Virus record (IMG/VR): IMGVR_UViG_3300045988_008255
DNA from: a virus
DNA: 42,940 bases
Direction: 5' to 3' (one strand)
A program made the translations under genes and the position numbers. The notes beneath the pieces were generated by a model that had not been told where the DNA came from, ran no database searches, and saw nothing but the letters and a program-made list of their open reading frames with translations. Numbering within the stretch: the first letter of the stretch is position 1; the number at the start of each line of letters is the position of its first letter. Below, in pieces: positions 8,237-17,351 of the stretch.

Positions 8237-8496
8237 TGAGCGGGATCACAGAGCAGGAACATGCGGCGTGGCTGGAAAAGGCGTTGCAAGCGCTCTATAA
8301 ATCCAAGCCGCTTGCAATCGCGATTGTGGCAAAAACGGAAGCGGGCAATACGCTTACGGGCTACTACAATGCGAACGCACAGGACAAGGCCGTGTTTGCC
8401 CACCATATCCAGAGCGAGATCGTGCTGGACATTATCAAGGCAAATGCCGCAGAAATCAAGGCCATGATGGAGGGCGTAGACGATGGAACAGATTAA
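8236..8496 (+). CDS. Hypothetical protein
   Basis: 86 aa. ATG overlaps the upstream TGA. Confidence 0.45.
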   Translation: MSGITEQEHAAWLEKALQALYKSKPLAIAIVAKTEAGNTLTGYYNANAQDKAVFAHHIQSEIVLDIIKANAAEIKAMMEGVDDGTD

Positions 8497-8824
8497 AGGC
8501 GCAAAGTACGACGACGGGAAGCCTCGCCCGTCGCTCGTGCCGGTAGAGGCAATCGAGGCAATCATGAAAACCCGTGAACACGGGATGCGCAAATACGGAG
8601 CCGCCGAGGACTGGCGGAGCATTGACGCGGAGAGGTGGCACGAAGCCCTTTTACGGCACGTTCTGGCGATGTGGGAGAATCCTGTTGCCATCGATCCTGA
8701 ATCCGGCATACCGGCTCTGTGGCACGTTATAACTAACGCTGCATTCCTGTGCGCGGCGCTGAAAGAAGAGCTGAAAAGTGAGATGGAGTTTGCGGAGGTA
8801 ATGCGGGAGGAAGAAAATGAGTAA
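8483..8824 (+). CDS. MazG-like dATP/dGTP pyrophosphohydrolase-domain protein (DUF5664-type)
   Basis: 113 aa. KYDDGKPRPSLVP.EAIEAI..REHGMRKYG..DWR...RWHEALLRHV..W...DPESG.P.LWHV..NAAFL matches my memory of that family. Confidence 0.6.
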   Translation: MEQIKGAKYDDGKPRPSLVPVEAIEAIMKTREHGMRKYGAAEDWRSIDAERWHEALLRHVLAMWENPVAIDPESGIPALWHVITNAAFLCAALKEELKSEMEFAEVMREEENE

Positions 8825-9107
8825 TCCGCGCTACGGCTGGTGGGGATACGTCAAGTGGATGATTCGTGGCTACAAAAATGGAGCGCTGTTAACGAAGGCG
8901 GAGAGCGAAGCAGTGCGCGATGCAGTTACGGAGACAGGCCAGCTTGTCGACGGAGCTGAGCGCTTAAAGCTTGTAGACATGGTTCTCTGGAAGCGCACAC
9001 ACACCATTCAGGGGGCGGCAATGGCTATTTTCGTCTCCGACCGCACCGCGCAGGAGTGGCACAGGCAATTTATTCGCCTTGTGGGGCAAAAAAGGGGTCT
9101 TTTGTAA
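8817..9107 (+). CDS. Putative late-gene regulator, sigma-70 region-4-like HTH
   Basis: 96 aa. Last gene before the packaging module. C-terminal TIQGAAMAIFVSDRTAQEWHRQFIRLV looks like an r4-type HTH. Confidence 0.4.
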   Translation: MSNPRYGWWGYVKWMIRGYKNGALLTKAESEAVRDAVTETGQLVDGAERLKLVDMVLWKRTHTIQGAAMAIFVSDRTAQEWHRQFIRLVGQKRGLL

Positions 9108-9148
9108 AAAAGTCTGCGTCCCAGAGCCAAATTTAACATTTATCATAA

Positions 9149-9180
9149 GGGCGTAGAGATCAACTCTACGCCCCTTTTCA
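9149..9180 (+). terminator. Rho-independent terminator
   Basis: GGGCGTAGAG-atcaa-CTCTACGCCC, a perfect 10-bp stem followed by CTTTTCA. Confidence 0.7.
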
Positions 9181-9217
9181 TCGGCACCGCAGCGTTCTGC
9201 GGAAACATCCTCCTCCT

Positions 9218-9275
9218 GTTCTCGTGTTCTCCGGTGTGAATAAATATATTTATTCACACACGGAGACACGAGAAC
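9218..9275. repeat. 58-bp near-perfect palindrome (26-bp perfect AT-rich core 9234-9259)
   Basis: gttctcgtgttctccg GTGTGAATAAATATATTTATTCACAC acggagacacgagaac. The outer arms pair apart from one-nt bulges. Confidence 0.9.
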
Positions 9276-9302
9276 GAAAGAATGAGGCAGAAAGGAGCGG
9301 CT

Positions 9303-9539
9303 ATGGCGAGTTTGCGCGCCCTTGCACACAAGCTGCAAACAGCGCTCTTGTACAACGGAATCAAAATAAAAATCAATCAAATGCAGACCTATTCCGCGAA
9401 AAATGACAGGATGGTGACGAAATACATGGTTTACGAATATCGACCTGATGAAAAGCCGAAGAATGTCACTCTGCTGGAAACGTACCAGATTGCGGATGTG
9501 GTGAAACTGCTGGCCGGACTTTACAGTGATGGCGGATGA
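9303..9539 (+). CDS. Hypothetical protein
   Basis: 78 aa from ATG 9303 after AAAGGAG. Immediately precedes terS. Confidence 0.45.
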   Translation: MASLRALAHKLQTALLYNGIKIKINQMQTYSAKNDRMVTKYMVYEYRPDEKPKNVTLLETYQIADVVKLLAGLYSDGG

Positions 9540-9912
9540 AAAGCTTACGCTGAAGCAGAGACGATTCTGCGAAGAATATTTGAAATCCGGCAATGCCACA
9601 GAAGCGGCGAAAAAAGCGGGATATAGCCTGAAAACGGCCCCGTTCATCGGCGCTGAAAACCTAAAAAAACCTCAAATTTCTGCCTATATTGAGCGCAGGA
9701 TGGGCGAACAAGAAGCGGCGCTGGTCGCTGACGCAAACGAGGTGCTGCAGTTTTATTCTGCTGTTATGCGCGGAGAGGTAAAGGACCAATTTGGAATGGA
9801 CGCTTCGCTTTCCGACCGCCTGAAGGCTGCAGACAGTCTGGCGAAACGTCTTGCTGCGGCAGAACTTAAGCCAAACGCGGAAGATGCGGTGCGGGTGATT
9901 ATCGATGTCTGA
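9529..9912 (+). CDS. terS: Terminase small subunit
   Basis: About 127 aa. LTLKQRRFCEEYLKSGNATEAAKKAGYS HTH is typical of Terminase_2/P27-type small subunits. GTG at 9526 is an alternative start. Confidence 0.85.
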   Translation: MADEKLTLKQRRFCEEYLKSGNATEAAKKAGYSLKTAPFIGAENLKKPQISAYIERRMGEQEAALVADANEVLQFYSAVMRGEVKDQFGMDASLSDRLKAADSLAKRLAAAELKPNAEDAVRVIIDV

Positions 9913-11149
9913 TGTTCGGTTGTCAGAAAAAATCGGCCCTGCCTTTTATAGTGTGGCGCGTGACGTATTCCGGCACGGCCATACACACTACGACGAGAGC
10001 GGCGGGCGCGGCTCCCTGAAATCCTCGTTCGTGTCCATCATTGTCCCAACCCTGCTGATGCAGGAGGAAAACAAAAACTGTCATGCGTTGGTGCTTCGCA
10101 AGGTTGCAAATACGATACGCGATAGTGTTTATGCGCAGTATGTCTGGGCAATTGGAGAACTCGGCGCGGCGGAATATTGGGAAGCCAAAGTCTCCCCGAT
10201 GGAGCTGATTTATAAGCCAACCGGGCAGAAGATCATGTTCCGGGGCGCAGACGACCCGATGAAGATTAAATCCATCAAGGTCCCGTTTGGATATATTGCC
10301 GTGACGCACTTTGAAGAAAAAGACCAGTTCGCGGGGCGTGCGGAAATACGAACGATCTTACAGTCTACAATGCGCGGCGGCTCTAAGTTCTGGAACTTTG
10401 AAAGCTATAACCCGCCGATCAGCCGCGACAACTGGGCAAACAAGGACAGCTCGGAAGAACGAGCTGACCGGATGTGCCACAAGTCAACATATCTGCAAGC
10501 GCCACCTGAATGGTTGGGGCAGCAGTTCCTTGATGAAGCCGAACACCTGAAGGCCACAGACGAGCGGGCATATCAGCATGAGTATCTCGGTATTCCGGTC
10601 GGCACAGGCGGAAATGTGTTTGAGAATTTGGAACTGCGAGAGATTACCGACGAGGAAATCAGCCGCTTTGATAGGATTTATCAGGGCGTGGACTACGGCT
10701 GGTTCCCTGACCCGTTTGCATTTATCCGCGTGCATTACGACAAGACGCGGGAAACGATCTACCTGATAGACGAAATATATCAAAACAAGCTTTCCAACGA
10801 GCAGAGCGCGGGCATGATTAAGGCAAAAGGCTACACCGACGCTTATATCATCTGCGACAGCGCGGAGCCTAAAAGCGTTGCGGACTTCCGCTCGATGGGG
10901 CTACCCGCCAAAGCTGCCGTAAAAGGCCCTGACAGCGTGGCGTACGGCATGAAGTGGCTACAGCGCCGGAAGATTGTCGTTGACCGCAGGCGCACGCCGC
11001 ACGCTTACGACGAGTTTGTGAACTACGAGTACGACCGTGACAAAGACGGAAACTTTATCAGCGGCTACCCAGACGAAAAGAACCATTTGATAGACGCACT
11101 GCGCTATGCAGTTGAGCCAATTAGCCGCAGAATGGGAGTTATCGCATGA
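9905..11149 (+). CDS. terL: Terminase large subunit (PBSX/Terminase_3-like)
   Basis: 414 aa. Position and length fit; Walker-like GGRGSLKS; nuclease half with conserved D/E. Overlaps terS and portal. Confidence 0.85.
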   Translation: MSDVRLSEKIGPAFYSVARDVFRHGHTHYDESGGRGSLKSSFVSIIVPTLLMQEENKNCHALVLRKVANTIRDSVYAQYVWAIGELGAAEYWEAKVSPMELIYKPTGQKIMFRGADDPMKIKSIKVPFGYIAVTHFEEKDQFAGRAEIRTILQSTMRGGSKFWNFESYNPPISRDNWANKDSSEERADRMCHKSTYLQAPPEWLGQQFLDEAEHLKATDERAYQHEYLGIPVGTGGNVFENLELREITDEEISRFDRIYQGVDYGWFPDPFAFIRVHYDKTRETIYLIDEIYQNKLSNEQSAGMIKAKGYTDAYIICDSAEPKSVADFRSMGLPAKAAVKGPDSVAYGMKWLQRRKIVVDRRRTPHAYDEFVNYEYDRDKDGNFISGYPDEKNHLIDALRYAVEPISRRMGVIA

Positions 11150-12576
11150 GTAATGCAGTAATCCAAAAACTGAATGAATTAGGCTATTCCACTATCCCCG
11201 AAGAGTTTTACGGTAAGGTGACGGAGTGGAAAAGCTGGTATCAGGGCAACGTAAAAGGATTCCACAGCTACCGCGTGCGCAACGGCGAGAGCATGGTTAG
11301 TTGCAAGCGGTACTCTCTCGGCATGGGGAAGAAGCTGTGCGAGGATTGGGCCAATCTGCTGATGAACGAAAAAGTTCAGATTACTCTTGAGGGGCAGAAG
11401 GAGCAGGAGTTCATCGACCGCGTACTTACCGAGAACAATTTCACGGTCAAGGCAAATGAGATGCAGGAAATGAAGTCCGCGCTCGGCACGGTGGCATATA
11501 TCCCCCGCGTCATCGGGCAGGAGATCAACGAGGGTGGCGAGATCGTCCCCGGCAACGCATCCGGTATCATCCTGGACTATGTGACCATCGAAAACATTTA
11601 CCCGCTGGCATGGCAGAACGGATTTATCAGTGAGTGCGCGTTTTCCTCCGTGGTAACACGCAACGGCCGTGATTATCTATATCTCCAAATCCACCACAAA
11701 GACGGACGCGGCGACTACGTCATCGACAATCGCATTTACCGTTATGATAACAAAATGTTGTCTGACGAACAGTTACCCAACGTAAAAGGATTTGAGAACA
11801 TTCCGCCTGTTGTGCATACTGGCAGCGACAAGAGGCAGTTTGTTATTGACCGGCTCAACATTGCCAACAATTTCAACTATCTCCTGCCGACCGGCATTGC
11901 TGTGTACGCAAACGCCATTGACGTGCTGCAAGGCGTGGACATTGCATACGACAGCTATGTAAATGAGTTCCGGCTGGGCAAAAAGCGTATCATGGTCAAG
12001 CCCTCTGCGGCAAAGTATTTGGACGGTGAGCCGGTGTTCGACCCGTCCGATGTGGCGTTCTATGTGCTGCCGGAGGATGTCAACGACGGCGCTGTTATTA
12101 CACCCATCGACATGACCTTGAGGACAGCGGAGCATAACACGGGCATCCAAGACCAACTCAATATCCTGTCCAGCAAGTGCGGATTTGGTGAGACCTATTA
12201 TCGCTTTGACGGCGGCAGCGTTGCAACGGCTACGCAGGTCATCAGCGAGAACAGCACCATGTTTCGCACGATCAAAAAGCATGAGATCATCCTCGAAGAT
12301 GCACTGGTGGAGCTGTGCCGCATTCTTCTCCGCCTGGGTAACACCGCGATGGGTGCCGGGCTGAATGAAGACGTGGAAATCAGCATTGATTTCGACGATA
12401 GTATCATTGAGGACAAGCAAACCGACTTTTCCCGCGATATGCAGCTTCTCAGTGCGGGCATTTTGAACGATTGGGAGTTCCGCATGAAGTGGATGAATGA
12501 GGACGAGGCGACCGCAAAGGCGGCGCTGCCGAAGATGCAGGACATGACGACCGAAGGACAACAGGAGGTAGAGTAA
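11146..12576 (+). CDS. Portal protein (SPP1 gp6-like)
   Basis: 476 aa directly after terL. N-terminal ...YGKV.EWKSWYQG...FH.Y pattern as in A118/SPP1-type portals. Confidence 0.8.
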   Translation: MSNAVIQKLNELGYSTIPEEFYGKVTEWKSWYQGNVKGFHSYRVRNGESMVSCKRYSLGMGKKLCEDWANLLMNEKVQITLEGQKEQEFIDRVLTENNFTVKANEMQEMKSALGTVAYIPRVIGQEINEGGEIVPGNASGIILDYVTIENIYPLAWQNGFISECAFSSVVTRNGRDYLYLQIHHKDGRGDYVIDNRIYRYDNKMLSDEQLPNVKGFENIPPVVHTGSDKRQFVIDRLNIANNFNYLLPTGIAVYANAIDVLQGVDIAYDSYVNEFRLGKKRIMVKPSAAKYLDGEPVFDPSDVAFYVLPEDVNDGAVITPIDMTLRTAEHNTGIQDQLNILSSKCGFGETYYRFDGGSVATATQVISENSTMFRTIKKHEIILEDALVELCRILLRLGNTAMGAGLNEDVEISIDFDDSIIEDKQTDFSRDMQLLSAGILNDWEFRMKWMNEDEATAKAALPKMQDMTTEGQQEVE

Positions 12577-13115
12577 TGGGCGGTAGAGGCGGAGCCAGTG
12601 GCGGCATTGGAGCCGGAGAAACTGGGCGTGGGCGCGGTATAAGCCTTGCGCGGTTTTTGTCACAGCAGGATATTAACCGAGCAAACGCTGCGTCTGTCAC
12701 TGATATGGGCGATATTATCAGGCGCACATTCGAGCGCAACGCTGCTGAAATCAATGGGCTTGAGCTGTCGGACGCTGAAAAGAAAGACGCAGTACAGCAG
12801 ATGGCAACTCTCGCAACAACGGCGCTCAAAACGGCGGCAGGAGCAGTCAATCCTTATGCAAGCGGGCCTGCGCGCCTGACAACGGCGCAGAAAACAGGAA
12901 GCGCCGCAGACAGAGCTGCAAGAGCGCGCGGTGAAATGGATAGCTACATGCGGAAATTGCGTGACCAGTCCAGTAAAAACCGCAAAGCAGCAGAAAACAA
13001 GGCGTTTTCCAATGCCTTTGTAACGGCGCAAAAGTCCGGCGCGTTGGAAGTAACGGTAAACGGCAAGAAATACCGCAGGGCTAACAAGCGCAGCGGTACA
13101 TGGCGCCCGGTATGA
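12576..13115 (+). CDS. Gly/Ala/Lys-rich hypothetical protein (possible internal virion protein)
   Basis: 179 aa. MGGRGGASGGIGAGETGRGRG N-terminus, basic low-complexity remainder. TAATG overlap with portal. Confidence 0.5.
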   Translation: MGGRGGASGGIGAGETGRGRGISLARFLSQQDINRANAASVTDMGDIIRRTFERNAAEINGLELSDAEKKDAVQQMATLATTALKTAAGAVNPYASGPARLTTAQKTGSAADRAARARGEMDSYMRKLRDQSSKNRKAAENKAFSNAFVTAQKSGALEVTVNGKKYRRANKRSGTWRPV

Positions 13116-13738
13116 TTAACTTTGAAAATCTCGACAAGTTCACATTCCTCGGCGTGGGCAAGTACGATATTCCACAAATCGAGCCGGTCAAGGCATATCC
13201 CGCAGGCGAATTTATCCCCGTGAATTACCATTACACCGCGAAAGACACGAAAAGCAAGATCGTGCATTTCTTCGTGGACGATTATCAATTCATCCGGTAT
13301 TGGAACATGCCTGACAAATACGTTCCGAAACTGTCGCAGTTTGCGGCAGTGTGTGCGCCGGACTTTTCTACCTACACGGATATGCCGCTGGCGATGCAGG
13401 TATACAATCACTATCGTAAACACTGGCTTGCGGCATACTGGCAGCTCCACGGAATGACGGTTTATCCGACAATCTCATGGAGCGATGAGAATAGTTATGA
13501 CTGGTGCTTTGACGGTGAACCTGTCGGCGGTGTTGTGGCGGTTTCCTCGGTGGGAACGCAGGCAAACGCTGAAAGCAAGCGCCTGTTCCTGCGCGGCTAC
13601 GAAGAAATGATGAAACGGCTATCCCCGGAATGGGTGATCTTCTACGGCAGAGTGCCGGAAGAATGCGACTGGAACGTGATACGGGTAAAGCCGCATTACG
13701 ACGATATTGTGAAACGGAGAAGGGCGGTGAGCGGATGA
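13112..13738 (+). CDS. DUF4417 domain protein
   Basis: 208 aa from ATG 13112 (ATGA overlap; in-frame ATG also at 13100). HFFVDDYQF..W..P.KY...L.....V..PDFSTY.DMP...Q.YN.YR..W...YWQ..G..V.PT.SW resembles DUF4417. Confidence 0.6.
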   Translation: MINFENLDKFTFLGVGKYDIPQIEPVKAYPAGEFIPVNYHYTAKDTKSKIVHFFVDDYQFIRYWNMPDKYVPKLSQFAAVCAPDFSTYTDMPLAMQVYNHYRKHWLAAYWQLHGMTVYPTISWSDENSYDWCFDGEPVGGVVAVSSVGTQANAESKRLFLRGYEEMMKRLSPEWVIFYGRVPEECDWNVIRVKPHYDDIVKRRRAVSG

Positions 13739-14929
13739 AGTACCCTTTTTAGCCCAGAACTATTAGACGCCATCCCGGAAGAGCTTGCAGAGCTGTTCCG
13801 AGGATTGGAAGATACGCTCCTCGATGAAATATGCAGTAGGCTTGCTCTGAAAGACCAGCTGAACGAAGTGACTGTTCAGGCAATCAGAGCGCTTCGTTCG
13901 CATGGTATCGACACGAAGGAGATTGAAAAAGCAATCCGCAAGACCTCTGGAATTAGCGAGAAGAAGCTCAAGGAGCTTTTCGACGATGTTATTGCCAGAA
14001 ACCAGAAGTATTACACATCGGTTATCGACATGGCAGGGCTGACACAGCCTGATAGTCTGGTGAGCACTGCGACCATCGAAGCGATCAGCGTGCAGACGCT
14101 TGATGAATTCCATAACATCACACAGTCTATGGGATTTTTGGTGGACAAAGGCAGGACGATGCTTCCGCCCGCGCGTGCGTATCAGTGGGCGTTGGATTCT
14201 GCTGTCATGCAGATTCAGAGCGGGGCGATCAGCTACAATCAGGCGATTAAGTCTGCGGTGCAACAGCTTGCAGGCGGACTGAAAGTCGTGAACTACGGAA
14301 GCGGACACGTTGACAACATCGACGTTGCTGTTCGGAGAGCTGTCATGACCGGCGTGAATCAGATCTGCGACCAGTACACGAACCAAAGCGCAGAGTACCT
14401 TGATACGAGATACTTTGAAGTGTCTGCGCACTCTGGAGCGCGTGATAAGCCGGGAGCTTCGCCGTGGTCAAGCCACAAGGACTGGCAAGGGAAAGTCTAT
14501 TACCAGAGTGAAAGCGGCGAACCTGACCCGCTGGGGCTTTACGATGACCTTGTAAAGACGACTGGTTACGGATATGTTGACGGGCTGACAGGTGCAAACT
14601 GTAGGCATCACAAATACCCGTTTGTTCCGGGAGTTTCGGAGCGAACTTACACCGATAAACAGCTTGAGCATATCGACGATGGTCTTGGCTGCACGTTTGA
14701 CGGAAAGACTTACACAGCCTATGAAGCGACGCAGATGCAACGCCGAATAGAACGGCAAATCCGCGCGCAGAAGAAGCTTAGAAACGCATACAAAGAAGCT
14801 GGGCTTTCCGAAGACGCGACCGCAGCGGACATAAAGCTTCGGCGGCTGAACGCAGAATATAGCAGGTTCAGCAAGGCGGCGGGGCTGCCGGAACAGCGAG
14901 AAAGGACAAAGGTATATGGACTGGGATGA
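13735..14929 (+). CDS. Minor capsid / head-morphogenesis protein (Phage_min_cap2-like), with apparent +1 frameshift or T-run indel at 13746-13750
   Basis: ATG 13735 overlaps the upstream TGA, but the frame stops after MKYPF (TAG 13750). The +1 frame continues SPELLDAIPEELAELFRGLEDTLLDEI... for 390+ aa. The only in-frame start in the long ORF is TTG 13805. Confidence 0.6.
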
Positions 14930-15050
14930 AGTGAAAAAAGCCGCCGATGCCATTCTTAAACGCGGGAATGACGTTGAGATACGCCGAAAAGGCGATGGAT
15001 ACATCGTTTTAGAGGTCAAAAAGACAATAAAATACAACTCTCCCGCGTAA
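14916..15050 (+). CDS. Small hypothetical protein
   Basis: 44 aa (MDWDEVKKAADAILKRGNDVEIRRKGDGYIVLEVKK...). Overlaps the end of the upstream gene. Below the track cutoff. Confidence 0.4.
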   Translation: MDWDEVKKAADAILKRGNDVEIRRKGDGYIVLEVKKTIKYNSPA

Positions 15051-15073
15051 TTGGGCGCGAGAAAGGGCAATTG

Positions 15074-15114
15074 GAGCCAGCTGACTACGATTTGTAGTCG
15101 GTTGGCTCTTTTTA
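15074..15114 (+). terminator. Rho-independent terminator
   Basis: GAGCCAGCTGACTAC-gattt-GTAGTCGGTTGGCTC (15 bp including 2 G:U pairs) followed by TTTTTATTTAT. Confidence 0.75.
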
Positions 15115-15157
15115 TTTATCAACACTGTCCGACAGGACGTTAAACAAGGAGATTTTT

Positions 15158-15655
15158 ATGACAGAAGAAACCAACGTGCAGGGCACGGAAAACACTGCGC
15201 AAGAGCAGGAGAAAACGTTTACTCAGGCTGATGTTGACAAGATGATTCAGTCAAGGCTTGACAGAGAACGGAAGAAATACCCCAGCGAGGAAGAGATCAC
15301 CGCATACCGGACATGGAAAGACAGCCAGCAGACCGAGCAGGAGCGGCAGGCCGAGCGCGACAAGGAGTTTGCGGACAACAAGTCCGCTCTGACCGCAGCG
15401 CAGGCCGAAGTGCAGCAGCTCAAGCGCGAGAAGTATGTGCTTTCCAAGGGGCTGACCGGCGAGGAAGCGGAGTTTATCTCCTTCAAGGCCGAGAAGATGG
15501 TGGATGACAAGACCACTTTTGAGCAGGCCGTGGATAAGCTCACTGAGAACCGGCAGAAGGTCAAATTTGATTGGACTGCCCAAGCTGGCGGCAGTAGTGA
15601 GAAAAGCAACACCAATGCTGCGATGAATTCTTTGATTCGCGGCGCACTTAAATAA
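15158..15655 (+). CDS. Capsid scaffolding protein (DUF4355-like)
   Basis: 165 aa. TFTQADVDKMIQSRLDRERKK motif, coiled-coil charged composition. Directly upstream of MCP. Confidence 0.8.
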   Translation: MTEETNVQGTENTAQEQEKTFTQADVDKMIQSRLDRERKKYPSEEEITAYRTWKDSQQTEQERQAERDKEFADNKSALTAAQAEVQQLKREKYVLSKGLTGEEAEFISFKAEKMVDDKTTFEQAVDKLTENRQKVKFDWTAQAGGSSEKSNTNAAMNSLIRGALK

Positions 15656-15670
15656 AAGGAGAATTGACAC

Positions 15671-16888
15671 ATGGCAAATATCATTGACAGAAGTGCACTT
15701 TCCGGTCTGATTCCGGAACCCGTAACCCGTGAGATCATGCAGGGCGCTATCGCGGAATCCGCTGTCCTGCGTATGGGCCGCAGACTGGCGAATATGTCCA
15801 GCAAGACCCAGACCATCAACGTGCTGGATGCTCTGCCTTCCGCGTACTTCGTAAACGGCGAGGCTACCGACAGCGGCGCTGGCTCCGCATTCAAGCAGAC
15901 CACGAAAATGGCGTGGGACAAGAAGAAACTTTATGCTGAGGAAATCGCGGTCATCGTCCCCATCCCCGAAGCTGCTCTGGATGATGCAGACTACGACATC
16001 TGGGGCGAAGTCAAGCCCCGCCTGACCGAGGCTTTCGGCAAGGTCATTGACGCCGCTATCCTGTTTGGCACCAACAAGCCTACCACTTGGCGCGAGGGTG
16101 TTGTTCCTGCCGCAATCGCTGCGGGTAACGGCGTTCCAGTTGGCACGGACACCTTCGACGACATCATGGGCGAAGGCGGTTTGATCTCGAAGGTCGAGCT
16201 AGACGGCTTCAACCCAAACGGCGTTATGTCCGCGATCCAGATGCGCGGTAAGCTGCGCGGCCTCAAGGACACCACCGGCCAGCCCATCTTCAAGTCCGAT
16301 ATGCAGGGCGCTACCCGCTACGGTCTGGACGGCATGGACATGTACTTCCCGATGAACGGCGCGTTTGATCCGAATCAGGCGCAGATGATCGTCGGCGATT
16401 GGAGCCAGCTGGTGTACGCCATTCGGCAGGACATGACCTTCAAGATCTTCACCGAGGGCGTGATTCAGGATCCGACCACGAAGGCCATTACCTATAACCT
16501 GATGCAGAATGATATGGTTGCACTCCGCGCTGTCATGCGCCTGGGCTGGGAAATCGCGAACCCGGTCAACGCCTACAACGTGGACAAGGCCAATCCGTTC
16601 CCGTTCTCCGTCTACGGCAAGGCTGGAACGGTCTCCACTGTGACTGTCTCCCCGGCAACCGCGACCGTGGCGAAGGGTGCAAGCAAAGCATTTTCCGCCT
16701 CCGTTGCGGGTGAAGGCATTGTAAGTGGCGACGTCGAGTGGAGCCAGAGCGGCGCAAAGTCGTCTATCACGGAAGGCGGCGTGCTGAAGGTCGCGTCCAA
16801 TGAGACGTCCACGAGCATTACCGTCACTGCAAAGTCGAAGCAGGATAGCACTAAGACCGGCACGGCTACAGTCACGGTCGGTTCGTAA
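15671..16888 (+). CDS. Major capsid protein (HK97 fold) with C-terminal Big_2 Ig-like domain
   Basis: 405 aa. Position after the scaffold. Last ~85 aa VTVSPATATVAKGASKAFSASV...ITVTAKSKQDSTKTGTATVTV is a Big_2-type repeat. Confidence 0.85.
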   Translation: MANIIDRSALSGLIPEPVTREIMQGAIAESAVLRMGRRLANMSSKTQTINVLDALPSAYFVNGEATDSGAGSAFKQTTKMAWDKKKLYAEEIAVIVPIPEAALDDADYDIWGEVKPRLTEAFGKVIDAAILFGTNKPTTWREGVVPAAIAAGNGVPVGTDTFDDIMGEGGLISKVELDGFNPNGVMSAIQMRGKLRGLKDTTGQPIFKSDMQGATRYGLDGMDMYFPMNGAFDPNQAQMIVGDWSQLVYAIRQDMTFKIFTEGVIQDPTTKAITYNLMQNDMVALRAVMRLGWEIANPVNAYNVDKANPFPFSVYGKAGTVSTVTVSPATATVAKGASKAFSASVAGEGIVSGDVEWSQSGAKSSITEGGVLKVASNETSTSITVTAKSKQDSTKTGTATVTVGS

Positions 16889-16910
16889 AAAATGAAAGGA
16901 GCTGGTACGA

Positions 16911-17351
16911 ATGATTTATGCCGACTATGAATTTTACTCCGGCTGCTACTACGGCAGCATCAATGAGGAGGATTTCCAGCGTCTGGCCGTCCGCGCTAGC
17001 TCCTTCCTCGACTACTACACGCAAAACCGAGTAAAGGATTTTGCGGATCTCGAAGCTGTCAAAATGTGCTGCTGCGCTCTGGTCGATCAGTATATGCTGA
17101 TCGACACTGCACAGGAGCTTGCCAGAAAGAATGTGTCCGCCGGGCGTGCATCTGACGAAGGAGAATTGCAGAGCGAGACTGTAGGCGGCTATTCCCGGAC
17201 GTTTCGCAGCGGCGGCGATTCTTCCGTGGCTGCATTGAAGGCGGCTTCGGAGGCGAAGAATGCCCTTGCAAGCGTAGCGCGTGAATATCTAGCCCATACC
17301 GGGCTTCTCTACAGAGGCAGGTGTTTTGCATGTACGCCCCCCACACTGTAA
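16911..17351 (+). CDS. Head-tail connector (gp6/gp15-like adaptor), tentative
   Basis: 146 aa. First gene after MCP. N-terminal YADYEFY...EEDFQRL..AS..LDYYT pattern is seen in head-tail adaptors. Confidence 0.5.
   Translation: MIYADYEFYSGCYYGSINEEDFQRLAVRASSFLDYYTQNRVKDFADLEAVKMCCCALVDQYMLIDTAQELARKNVSAGRASDEGELQSETVGGYSRTFRSGGDSSVAALKAASEAKNALASVAREYLAHTGLLYRGRCFACTPPTL

Noticed and set aside
8483-8824. MazG-like dATP/dGTP pyrophosphohydrolase domain as evidence of a Z-base (diaminopurine) genome
   Set aside because: No PurZ- or DatZ-like gene is visible anywhere in the window. The domain alone is common in phages with ordinary DNA.
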